Source: the human T2T-CHM13v2.0 reference genome, Homo sapiens. Taken from it: a stretch of 64,000 nt of DNA. Shown piece after piece: positions 22,469 to 34,866 of the stretch (positions within the stretch are counted from its first letter, which is position 1; each line of letters opens with the position of its first letter). The notes beneath the pieces were generated by a model. That model was given only the letters and a program-made list of their open reading frames with translations. It had not been told where the DNA came from and ran no database searches. The stretch lies in assembly GCF_009914755.1 (NCBI RefSeq), contig NC_060941.1; one strand, given 5' to 3'. Made by a program: the position numbers and the translations under genes.

Positions 22469-24305
22469 CATTTGTATTCTTACCATGGATATTGGACCTG
22501 TGCTAAAAGTACTTTGCATGCATTATTTTATTTGATTTTCTCAATAACCCATTAGATAGACACAAATCATTAGGAACTATCTCCAAAACAAAAAAGAAAT
22601 TAAGTAATTTGCCTGTGGTCACATGACTAGTAAATAGTATTAAGGATTCAGATCCTGATTCAGTCTTAGTCCAACTCTAGAAACAGAGCTCTATTTAAAC
22701 CACTGCTATATTTACCACATTGCAGAAAGAATACAAGGTTTTGGGTCTGATTTGGTTTGGAACCTGCCTGTGCTGTTTATTAGATCTTAGATTTCTGTTC
22801 TTTAGATAATTAACTTCTTGGAACTTTCATTTTCTTATCTGTTTAAAAATATAGTATTGATGATAATACTTATCTGTAAGACTGTTAAGGATAATGTGAG
22901 GAAAATGCCTGATCTAATACTAGGTAATCTGTAAATGGTAGCTATATTATTAATACCAATCCTTTCTTTTTTAGCTTTTTATTTGGATATCATTTCAGAT
23001 TTCAGAAAAATTTCAGTAGTGAAAAGAAGTCCTATATACCCTTTACCCAACTTCTACAAAGTTTAACATACATTGATGCTCTTTACTCCTAAATATTTCA
23101 GTGTTCGTTTCCTAAATATCTGTTTCTTTTGTATGGCTTCATGGATTCTTTATTCAGTGGATTGGAATATTTTCCATCATTAATCATCTTAATACATTTT
23201 AGTCTTTTATAACAGTAAGCCATGATTGTGTCTTGAATTTTTGTTTAAATTGTATGTGCTGAGCCTTCCACCTGAAGAAAGTTTTCACAGAATTTCCTTA
23301 TGTTGACTGAAGTTTCTTCCTTGTAACTTTTTCCTTTTCATCAGCACATGAGATCTGATCACATTTTGCCAGGAATTCTTTACTTAAAGTTTCCCAATCA
23401 TCCTTTTTCTTTTTTCCTTTATTTCCCTTTCTTTCTGCCTGCTCTTCTAGGGCCAGGCTGCCTTAATTAAGCTTTCACTTCAGAACTGGCCTATTTAAGG
23501 GCTGGTAATATGAGTATAAAAACTTGGGGTACCTCATAGGGCAAAAAAGAAATTAAAAGGAACAATTGAGAACCATTGAATTGTTACTATTATTTTGCTA
23601 GTTAGAAAACATGTTATTAGGTCTTTTATTTCAGTATTTTCCCTTGTTTCAAAATATGATAGGCATTACAAGAAAAGTTTCACTGAGTATAAAGCTAGTT
23701 ATGATTTCTTATGAAGAATATAAAGTTTGTGTCAAATAGTATTTTTGCATATTCCATATGGAAAAATTTACCTTTTCCTTTTAGAGATACATTTTAAAAC
23801 TATGTGAGCAACTGAATATAGACTTTGACATCAACTTATTGAAAAGAACTAGCATTTTTAACATTTATAAATTCATTTCTAACCTTTAAATGTATGACTT
23901 GTATTATCTGTTGTTGAAAAAAAGGTGACTGAGTTCAGTTCACAGAGCAGGTAACAGGTAAGAAAGTTGAAGTTCCTGTAAGCATATCAATGATTTATCA
24001 TTTTAAAAGCATTATGTATTATTTAGAGCTTATATTTTGCTTCTAAATATTTGACCCTTGAAATAACAGCCTAGATTTCATTCTGCTTGACTCTGAGTCA
24101 TGAAATGAGATGAGAAAGTATGTCTAGATATACTTTGTGGTACTGGAAATCATGCATCTTCAACAAGTTAACATAATGTATGATGATGATATCTATTCCC
24201 CAAGGAATACAAAGTGCTTTGCAGAAATTATTTTTTAACCTCTGTCCACTTGTGAGTCAAAGTCTACAGGAAATGGTGATAGTTCCAGTTTGAAAAACAG
24301 AAGCA

Positions 24306-24586
24306 GGCCCAGCATGGTGGCTCACACCTATGATCCTAACACTTTGGGAGGCTGAGGCGGGAGGACTGCTTGAGGCCAGAAACTCGAGTCAGCCAGAGCA
24401 ACATAGTGAGACCCCATCTTTACAAAATTGTTTCTAAAAAGCTAGGCATGGTGGTGCACATCTGTAAGCCAACCACTTGGAAGGCTGAGGCAGGAGGAGC
24501 ACTTGCACCCATGAGGTCAAGGCTGCCATGATGGTGCTACTGCAGCCGTGCCTGCATGGCACAGTGAGGCCGTGTCTCAAAAAAAT
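24306..24586 (+). mobile_element. AluJ-like
   Basis: Diverged Alu dimer. Confidence 0.85.
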
Positions 24587-26826
24587 AATAATATATCATT
24601 CAAAGATTGATATATGGGCCAGCATAGGTTTGAAAGCTGTTACTTTATACAAGACCATAGTATCTACTTGCAATACCTTGTAAACTTTTCTACAAAACAG
24701 CCACATTTTCAATGTATCACATTTTGTCATAATCTCTCAAACTGAAAAATTATGAATAAGAACTAAATGATGCAAAGGAAGTTGTTTGTTAAGCTCTTCT
24801 TGTGTTCCTTTCATTTGGGGATCAAAAATTCAGTGTATTGTGTGGTTGACATCGCTCCCTCCTTCTGCTCTAATCTTGACTGGTGATTCTCTACACCTCC
24901 AACATTGTTCTGGTCCTAGATGTCCTTCCTCCATTATCCTAAAATAATTTCCTCTATTGGATTACCTACTTGGGATTAGTGCCTTCCACTTTCTTACTTT
25001 ATTCCCTTATTATGCTGAACCATGTCCTTAGTAACTTCCTGAGAAAGAACAGGAGGTAAATTGTTTTGGACTGCCCACATCCAAAAAGTCTTTATTCTGC
25101 TCGTATTCTTGATTCATTATTTAACCTAACCAAGATAGAATTCTGAGTTGGAAATAATTTTGAAATTTTTAAAGGCATTGCTTCTAAAGTCCAGGCTGGC
25201 ATGCTTCTAAAGTCCACAGTGGCATGCGTCTTTTCCAGTCCAATGCTCTGGGCATTGAGTGAACTCTTACAATCTGGAAACTCATCTTCAGTTCTTGGAA
25301 ATTATCTTAACGTTCTTTATCATTTTCTTCCCTCTTCTTTCTCTGTTGTTTCATGCAAAAAAATATTAAAAAGGTTATGTGTTGGGCCTTCTGAATTGAT
25401 CCTTTCTTACCTTCTCTCTGTTTCTGTTGATCTTTTTGTTTAACATTCTGGGAGATTTACTGAATTTCTCCTTCCAATTCTTCTATTACATTTTTATATC
25501 AGCTCTTCATTTAATTTACATGAGCTCTTTCGTGAGAGACAGATACACACATTTATGTGTATGTTTTGTGGATGTAGTAATCTTTTATCTCTCTGAAAAC
25601 ATTAAATGTAATTTTATTTTAGAGTTTCTTGAGCTTCCTTTATTGCCCTGTTTGCTCAGCCTCACTTTTCTGTTTGCTGGGTGGTTTATTTGAACTCTGC
25701 CTTTCATGTTACCTCCTCACACATCTAGTGATTATTGGCTGTTCCTTCATATTTAAGGGTGTGACTCCAAAAGAGGATGAGCTTCCAGTCACTCATTGCT
25801 GTTACCCAGGCTGGAGTGCAGTGACATGATCATGGCTTACTGCAGCCTTGACCTTCTGGGCTCAAGCAATCTTCCCACCTCAGCATTCTGAATAGCTGGT
25901 ACTACTGGCACACACCACCATGCCCAGCTAATTTTTTTTTTTTTTTTTTGTATTTTTCTGTAGACATGGTGTTTCTCCATGTTGTGAAAAGAATGTGTGT
26001 TGGGAAACTCATCCTGTGAGCATAGGGTGGTGACACTTGTTGAGTGTTAGGCCTCACCATGCGTGATCAGGCGGACCTGGCTGTTTCACTGGGGACTTCA
26101 AATTGCCAGACCTCTATGTCTCTTCTCCTGAGCTAGGTCTTCTACTGGACTAGGGGCAGCCACCTAGCTGCATGCGTTAGGAAGGGCAATTTTGGGTTAT
26201 GGCAACTCCTTGTACAAATTTCTACAAATCTCCATTTTTAACCCTACTCCACAGTTCTGCCCTCAGAGAGAGTGATCCCTTCCATTCTTGAGCATTTCTG
26301 AGATCTGTGGAAAACTTTTTAAAATCATTGCTTGACTCATAATTTTATTGAGGTGCATCACAGTGGTGGATTTGGAGCTGCTAATGTATTTTTTTGTTTG
26401 TTTTAGTTTTACCCAGTTACATTTCTTTATTCTGAAATGTCATTTCAAAAGACCAGACCATAATATCTCCACATGAACAGATATTTTTCTAGAATAGGCC
26501 TAAAAGTATTGGGAAGATGGGATTGTCAGCATTAAAACACATAGGAAATCAGGACCCTGGAAGAACTGTAATATTCTCTAGGACTTTTCATTTTCTAAAT
26601 TTGCAGATATTGCCTGTGATTTCAGTTGAAAGTGATCCAAATCCTAGTGTGTCCATGTTAATTGTGTGTGTAGCTTCAAATGTTATTTAACGTTTCTTAA
26701 TCAAGTGGAATTTTTCTAATGTTTTCATTTTTCTTTTATTAGACACTTGTATATTGTATATTATACAAGTACAGTGTTCTTATTGTAACAACTTAAATAA
26801 TACTAAAACGGATAAAGAAAAAGTCA

Positions 26827-27160
<334 letters not shown>

Positions 27161-27350
27161 TTAACCCCTGAAGCAACTTGTGTTAACTGACAGTTGTGTA
27201 TCCTTCTGATACCTTTTTCACTGTCATACAGACATCCCCAAAGATGTTTGTTTCTGTAATTATTAGAGGATTCATATTCTATACATTCTGTGGCTTGCTT
27301 TAATCACTCAATATGTTATAAACATCCCTTCAAGTTAATAGAAATACTAA

Positions 27351-27651
<301 letters not shown>

Positions 27652-28304
27652 CTAACTCATTTTTTTAAATACCCAAATACTATGTAATCACTGCCTGTGA
27701 TTTCAGTTGAAAGTGATCTAAATCCTAGCATGTCCATGTTAATTTTGTGTGTGTGTGTAGCTTCAGATGTTGTTAACATTTCTTAATCACTCAGGTGGGA
27801 TTTTTCTAATGTTCTTTTCATTTTTCTTTATTAGATATTTATATATTATCGAAGTACATTTGTATATTATCAAAATGTTCTTATTGTAACAACTTAACTA
27901 ATACTAAAATGGATAAAGGAAAAGTCAATCTCCTGGTAGTACCCCTCCATTCTTAACCTCTGAAGTAACTTGTGTTAAGTGACAATTGTGTATCTTACTG
28001 ATATACAACTTTTTCACTGTCATACAAACATCCCCAAGGGTGTTTGTTTCTGAAAATATTACAGCATTGATATTCTGCACATTCCGTAGCTTGCTTTAAT
28101 CACTCAATATGTTATAAACACCCCTTCGTGTTAATAGAAATAATACTAACTCATCCTTTTTAATAACCAAAGTATGGTTATATCATAATCTATTATACCA
28201 TTCAAATGTTACTTCCAGTTTTGGGGGATTTTTTTTTTTTGGTCTTTTTGCTGTTGTTGTTCATTTTTTACTATTCCAAAAATGCTTCAACAAATATTCT
28301 TTTA

Positions 28305-28387
28305 CAGATTGAATGTTGCTTATCCAAAATACTTGGGACCAGAAGTCTTGGGGATTTCTGATTTTCAGATTAGGGATGTTCAACCTG
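28305..28387. mobile_element. Tigger4/MER46-type miniature element with both ends
   Basis: TA-cagattgaat...cttgggaccagaag...agggatgttcaacctg-TA. Inverted termini and TA duplication. Confidence 0.7.
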
Positions 28388-29283
28388 TATATACCTCCTT
28401 ACACACTTTTGTTTCTCTTTTGCCATCTCAAATCTTGAAATTCAAGTTTTGATTCATGTGTCATTTGTTTAGAATATTCCTTCTAGCATTTCCCTTCAAT
28501 AAGATACATGGTGGTTTACTCTGTGAGACCTTACCTGGCCAAAAATGTGTTCACTCAGCTCCCAGATAGATCCAGCTATGAGAGCCTCTTAAGCAATGGC
28601 ATATCAGGCAGTGATGCATCCATCACTGGGCTCTTCCCTTAGGGGCTGGGCATCACACCAGCTACAAGACTATCGGCTCTCTGCTTGTCATCTTTCTGGC
28701 TGCATGTAGCAGTCCTTTCCCAGCTTCAGTGCCTGGGAGCAATTTCACTGCAACCCCTGTGTATGCAGATCCATAGTCTTCCACTGTCTGGGTTCCTCAG
28801 GAAGCAAGGAAGCCCTAGGTCTTTGCCTCAAGCTTGAAGAAAAATCTAAGCTTCCCTGCTGTCAGTTCCCTGGTTCTCTCTTCACTTCAGAGAGTATAGC
28901 CCTCTACCTGGCTTTCTTCCCTGGAGATCTCAAGGGAACTTGGGGCCTCAGATGGACCCTCCTTAGTGTGTCTGCTTTTATTCTTGTGCTACTCCATGGA
29001 GGAAATGGACCAAAGGTCAAGTCAGGAATTTATACTCTCACCATCATCTTCCCCAAATCTCAATCTCTTGATTTAAAAAAAAAAAAAAATAGATATTTTC
29101 AAAATTGCTCAACAGCATTTCATTTTCTGTTGCTATTTATAATGTCAACATGCAAAGCACTCCTCTGAGTGTTACATATCAAAGTGGATACTGACCCTGC
29201 CCTCTAGGGCTCTAATGTCCAGAGAGATAAGACTATGGGAAATGAATAATCCTGGAAGTGATAGCAAAATGATACTAACTTAG

Positions 29284-29992
29284 GGCCAAGCTTGGTGGCT
29301 CACACCTATAACTCCAGCACTTTGGGAGGCGGAGGTAGGAGGATGGCTTGAGCCCAGGAGTTTGAGACCAGCCTGGGCAACATAGGGAGACCCCATCTCT
29401 AGAAATAATTTAAAAATTAGAAAAAAAAAATTAGCCAGGCATGATGGCACATGCCTGTAGTCCCAGCTACTCAGGAGGCTGAGGTGGGAGGATTGCTTGA
29501 GCCCAGGGAGTCAAGGCTGCAATAGCCACAGTCACACCACTGGGCTCCAGCCTGGGTGACGGAGCAGGACCCTGTCCCCCAACCCCCAACCCCCCCCAAA
29601 AAAAGGATATTAACTCAAGAGATCTTTTAAACAGGACATCAAGGTAGTCACAGGGAAGAGATTGTGTTCGACCAAAAGTGACTTTCTCTTTTCTCTTTAA
29701 TCTTTTCTTTTTTTTGAGACAGGGTCTCGCTCCATTATTCAGGCTAGAGTGCAGTGGCTCCATCACAGCTCGCTGTAGCCCCCCCCTCCTGGGCTCAATT
29801 GATCCTCTCACCTCAGCCTCCCGAGTAGCTGGGACTACAGGCACACATGTCTAGCTAATTTTTTATTTTGGTAGAGTTGGGATTTCACCACATTGCCCAG
29901 GATGGTCTTGAACTTTTGGGCTCAAGTGATCCTCCCACCTCGGTCTTCCAAATTCGGTGCTGGGATTACAGACGTGAGCCACCACACCCAGC
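29284..29992. mobile_element. Tail-to-tail AluJ-like pair (29284-29605 plus, 29700-29992 minus)
   Basis: Alu consensus on both strands. Confidence 0.9.
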
Positions 29993-30575
29993 TGTTTTAG
30001 CCACGTTTAATGAGTCTGTGACCTTTGTCAGCCATCATGGAAACCCAGCATAATGTTGCATGCATGCCTAGTTGGTTCTCAAGTAGAATTTTGGAACATA
30101 ATCTCTTCATAAATTAAGGGCTGGTTGTGTATTCACATTTTATGATATTTTATATTTCTTTTCTATTTTTATAATTATAATTCCCTTTCAACAGTTTTTC
30201 CTGATTAAAGATATTTTAGTAGCTGGCTTCTTTTTAAACTCTTTTTAAACTTTTTAAAGTTTTTAAACTTTAAATTTTAAGAAGCTTTTGTAATATGTGA
30301 TTTGTCTGTTTATGCCTTATTTTGTTTGTTATTTTGAAGCAAACATAGGAAGTGGCTTACTGCCTTGTATAAAAAGATATCAGAGAACAGTGGAGTCATT
30401 TGGAAAAAGCGCAGTGGTAAAGTGGCTTCGGAAGTGATTTTTTCCCCTTATTTTCTGGCACAGTGCTTTCTAAGATGATGTTGCTCACTGTAGTTTTCTT
30501 TCACTTTTAAAGGCATGATGGTTCCAGGCAGGATAATCTTAAATGGTGATTTGTCATCTTTTTTTCCCCTTGCAG

Positions 30576-30658
30576 CATTGCTATGGCAACAAAAGAAAAT
30601 ATGACTTCACAGAGAGGAATGTTGAAGTCAATTCACAGCAAAATGAACACTTTGGCCA
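30576..30658 (+). CDS. GOSR1: GOSR1 coding exon (about exon 8), SNARE motif, 83 nt
   Basis: ttttcccctttgcag-type acceptor. Translates IAMATKENMTSQRGMLKSIHSKMNTLA(N). Followed by the donor GTATCCTTT. Confidence 0.96.
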
Positions 30659-31801
30659 GTATCCTTTTTGAATGTTCGCAGTCTGTGTTTTGAGGGTAGA
30701 GGGGAGAAGTGTCTGTGTGTGCTTTTATAGGGGGCAGGTTGCCATCATCAGTAGCAGTAGAGCCCATCAGTAATTGCATAATATGAATATACTGTGCATT
30801 CCTACTTTGTGAAAGTTTATGCTCTTTAGTACCATTCCTAAAAGACTGCACCTCAGAAGTTTCTTACTACTAGATGTAGAAGAAAAAAATTATAAATGTG
30901 AATTTAAAAATTATCCACCAATTTCTTCTACATTTTAGAAAGCTTTTAAATTCATGTTAGAACTCCACACTATACATTATTCTTACCTAAACATGATAAA
31001 TTATATGCCTTTGTTGTTTTTCCCATTTAGAGATAAGTCAGTGGCAGATGCTTGGAAGGGGGAAGGAAGGAGACAGCCACCCGTGCAGATGAGCTATAGC
31101 TACTGATGGAGTTTGTAACTCTATGCACAGGCTGAATTCTAGGATACATTCTCCACTTGTTTGTTGTAACCTCTACTTTAAAATGTTTCAGTTTTCTGTT
31201 TTAAATTAGGATTATTAATACTTCCCAGAAACCCACTAGGGAACCAGAAAAGCCTGGCACTCTGAGTCATTTCATTCAGCGAACCTCTGAAAAGACAAGC
31301 CTTCTAGGCAAAAAGCTTTCCTCCCCAACTGCCAAAGGGGGAGGAACCTAGAATTTTCAAAAGCTGAGTATCTTGTAGTCCTAGATAATTTGAGTTCACT
31401 TTTAGTTTGATATGTCTTTGCCTAAGGAAAAGACTCTCCTGATGTGTGCTGTTATTCTCCAGTCCACTGTGAATTTTGTTCTTGCCTTGTCACCCTAAGT
31501 ATAAAACCACATGTCTAAAATCACATTTTAGATAGGGCTATAAAATTTACAGAGTGCTGTTATATACATTATCTCATTTTACTAAACTATGAACTCAATT
31601 GCCAGCCAGAAAAGCTGATCAGTGAATTTAAGAGTTTGTATTTAGTGAAACTTTTGAAACTTTGAAATAGAAGTGTGAGTCAGATAGCTGATGATTTAAA
31701 ACACTAAAGCCTTTCTCAATTGTTCATTAGAATTTACCACCACTCTTCTTTGTGACCTCTTCTCTACTGCTCTGTAAGCATCTCTCCCATAAGTTCTCTC
31801 T

Positions 31802-31837
<36 letters not shown>

Positions 31838-32891
31838 CAGAGTCTCACCCTGTTACCATCCAGGCTGGAGTACAGTGGCACGATCTCAGCTCACTGCAAC
31901 CTCCAGCCTCTCAGGTTCATGCAGTCCTCCCGCCTCAGCCTTCTGAGTAGCTGGGACTACAGACACGTGCCACCATGCCCGGCTAATTTTTGTATGTTTT
32001 GTAGAGATGGGGTTTCACCATGTTGCCCAGGCGAGTCTCAAACTCCTAGGCTCAAGCAGTCCTTCAGCCTTGGCCTCCCAAAGTGCTGGGATTATAGGTG
32101 TGAGCCACCCTGCCCAGCCCAACACTAAGTTCCCTTAAGGCAAAGTAGTATACTGGAACCTAGCATAGCGCCTCATACAAATAAGTCACATGGGAATTTT
32201 ACAATTACTCCAAAAGAATGTGTTCAAAAAAAAAAAAAAATCAAAAAAAATGGGTGTGGGTCAGGGCTAAAGTTTAGTCCACTTTCCTCCTGTATCTGCC
32301 TTCTGCTGCGAAGTAACTTTGAAAATATTAATAATTCACCAGTGTCTGATTATATAGACCTTAGAGTTGGTTCCCATGAATTGCCTGAATCTAAGGCGGG
32401 AAAAGATCAGGTATTTCTTCAAACTCTCAGGCAGAACTCCCCAGTCTCCTGAGAGAAGAGGAAAAGAGAAGGAAAATGAGGAAAGGGAGGGAAATGGGTG
32501 GTGGTGGCGATGGGAGCTGGCTATGCCTGTGCCTCCCTGCCAGAGTTCCTCCATTCCTGGCCACGCTGGCTCCCACCCTGACCTGAAGCCTGGCAGTAAG
32601 CCCTCAGTGCTTGGGAACTGTCATCGTCCTTTTCTTCTCCCTCTCTCTCTATTACTATTCTTATTTGTGTTACACACAAGACTGGGAGATGTGTATTGGT
32701 TAGGGGCCTTGAGCCGCAGCGCGTTCCCGGTTTGGGCAACTGCATCTGCTAAAGATTCCCTTGGTGTGAGTTTCTTCCCCATGCCTTTCATCACTGTTTC
32801 TAGACACCACTGATCTCTATTTTTGTGATTCCTACGACTTTTCGCCAGAGAGGCTTCTTCCAAATATGACCTTAATAAAGATTTCCCAAAG
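30659..32891 (+). other. GOSR1: U12-type (minor spliceosome) GT-AG intron, last intron of GOSR1
   Basis: The 5' splice site GTATCCTTT matches the U12 consensus RTATCCTTT. Branch-like GACCTTAAT at 32868-32876 lies about 16 nt before the AG. No polypyrimidine tract. Confidence 0.92.
31805..32120 (-). mobile_element. AluJ-like inside the U12 intron
   Basis: Antisense dimer with a long T tract. Confidence 0.92.
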
Positions 32892-33016
32892 ATCGTTTTC
32901 CTGCTGTAAACAGCCTGATCCAGAGGATCAACCTGAGGAAGCGGCGGGACTCGCTCATCCTAGGGGGTGTTATTGGGATCTGTACCATCCTGTTGCTGCT
33001 GTATGCGTTCCATTGA
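32892..33016 (+). CDS. GOSR1: GOSR1 last coding exon, C-terminal transmembrane anchor and stop
   Basis: aag|AT CGT TTT... Translates RFPAVNSLIQRINLRKRRDSLILGGVIGICTILLLLYAFH*, with TGA at 33014-33016. Basic linker followed by a hydrophobic tail anchor. Confidence 0.97.
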
Positions 33017-33443
33017 TGGGACATCTTCAGGGACTCTTGACAGCCACCGCTTTCACACCCTGGTCTGGAATAAGGAAACATCGGAGGGAGAAGTTGACTG
33101 TCTTGATAATTAGCCTGACCAGCAGGATGAATGCAAGACTGACAGTGATGGACTCTGTGACATGGTCAGGTTGAGCTGAAGCCACAGTTTCTCTGTGCTG
33201 TGTTTTCTAACACATTTTTCTGTTTTTAATTAAAAAAAAAAAAAAAAGGTTTTCAGTTGCTTTTGTCTCCCTAGGAGGCAGGTAAACCAATCAAAAACAG
33301 AGTTTTCTGTGTTTCCATGATAGTGTTGAAGCCTAATGACAAGCCAGGTCTTACAGCTGGGCTCTTCAGAAAACCAGGTTTCTACATCCAAAGACTGCTT
33401 TTCTTTTAGCTGCCAGATTGGATTGTGAATAAAAATAATTCTT

Positions 33444-34866
33444 CCCTCTCCCTCTCCCTCTCCCCACGGTCTCCCTCTTTCCACGGTCTCCCTCTGATGC
33501 CGAGCCGAAGCTGGACTGTACTGCTGCCATCTCGGCTCACTGCAACCTCCCTGCCTGATTCTCCTGCCTCAGCCTGCCGAGTGCCTGCAATTGCAGGCGA
33601 GCGCCGCCACGCCTGACTGCCTCGGCCTCCCGAGGTGCCGGGATTGCAGACGGAGTCTCGTTCACTCAGTGCTCAATGGTGCCCAGGCTGGAGTGCAGTG
33701 GCGTGATCTCGGCTCACTACAACCTCCACCTCCCAGCCACCTGCCTTGGCCTCCCAAAGTGCCGAGATTGCAGCCTCTGCCCGGCCGCCACCCCGTCTGG
33801 AAAGTGAGGAGCGCCTCTGCCCGGCCGCCATCCCATCTAGGAAGTGAGGAGCGCCTCTTCCCAGCCGCCATCCCATCTAGGAAGTGAGGAGCGTCTCTGC
33901 CCGGCCGCCCATCGTCTGAGATGTGGGGAGCGCCTCTGCCCCGCCGCCCCGTCTGGGATGTGAGGAGCTCCTCTGCCCGGCCGCGACCCCGTCTGGGAGG
34001 TGAGGAGCGTCTCTGTCTGGCCACCCCGTCTGAGAAGTGAGGAGACCTCCGCCCGGCAGCCGCCCTGTCTGAGAAGTGAGGAGCCCCTCCGCCCGGCAGC
34101 CACCCCATCTGGGAAGTGAGGAGCGTCTACGCCCGGGCAGCTGCCCCGTCCGGGAGGGAGGTGGGGGGGTCAGCCCCCCGCCCGGCCAGCCGCCCCGTCC
34201 GGGAGGGAGGTGGGGGGGATCAGCCCCCCGCCCGGCCAGCCGCCCCGTCCGGGAGGGAGGTGGGGGGCGCCTCTGCCCGGCCGCCCCTGCCCGGCCGCCC
34301 CTACTGGGAAGTGAGGAGCCCCTCTGCCTGGCCACCACCCCATCTGGGAGGTGTGCCCAGCAGCTCATTGAGAACGGGCCATGATGACAATGGCGGTTTT
34401 GTGGAATAGAAAAGGCGGAAAGGTGGGGAAAAGATTGAGAAATTGGATGGTTGCCGTGTCTGTGTAGAAAGAAGTAGACATGGGAGACTTTTCATTTTGT
34501 TCTGTACTAAGAAAAATTCTTCTGCCTTGGGATCCTGTTGATCTATGACCTTACCCCCAACCTGGTGCTCTCTGAAACATGTGCTGTGTCCACTCAGGGT
34601 TAAATGGATTAAGGGTGGTGCAAGATGTGCTTTGTTAAACAGATGCTTGAAGGCAGCATGCTCCTTAAGAGTCATCACCACTCCCTAATCTCAAGTACCC
34701 AGGGACACAAACACTGCGGAAGGCGGCAGGGTCCTCTGCCTAGGAAAACCAGAGACCTTTGTTCACTTGTTGATCTGCTGACCTTCCCTCCACTATTGTC
34801 CTATGACCCTGCCAAATCCCCCTCTGCGAGAAACACCCAAGAATGATCAATTAAAAAAAAAATAAT
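33444..34866 (+). mobile_element. SVA retrotransposon, near full length, sense, inside the GOSR1 3' UTR
   Basis: (CCCTCT)3 hexamer, antisense Alu-like domain, GC-rich VNTR (about 33775-34350), SINE-R and A tail. The 15-bp TSD has 1 mismatch (33429-33443 / 34867-34881). Confidence 0.97.

Noticed and set aside
32866-33174. 102-aa ORF overlapping the last GOSR1 exon
   Set aside because: It is an alternative frame starting in the intron branch region. The true frame ends at TGA 33014-33016.
33591-34846. Many overlapping ORFs on both strands
   Set aside because: They come from the GC-rich SVA VNTR/SINE-R, which is poor in stop codons.
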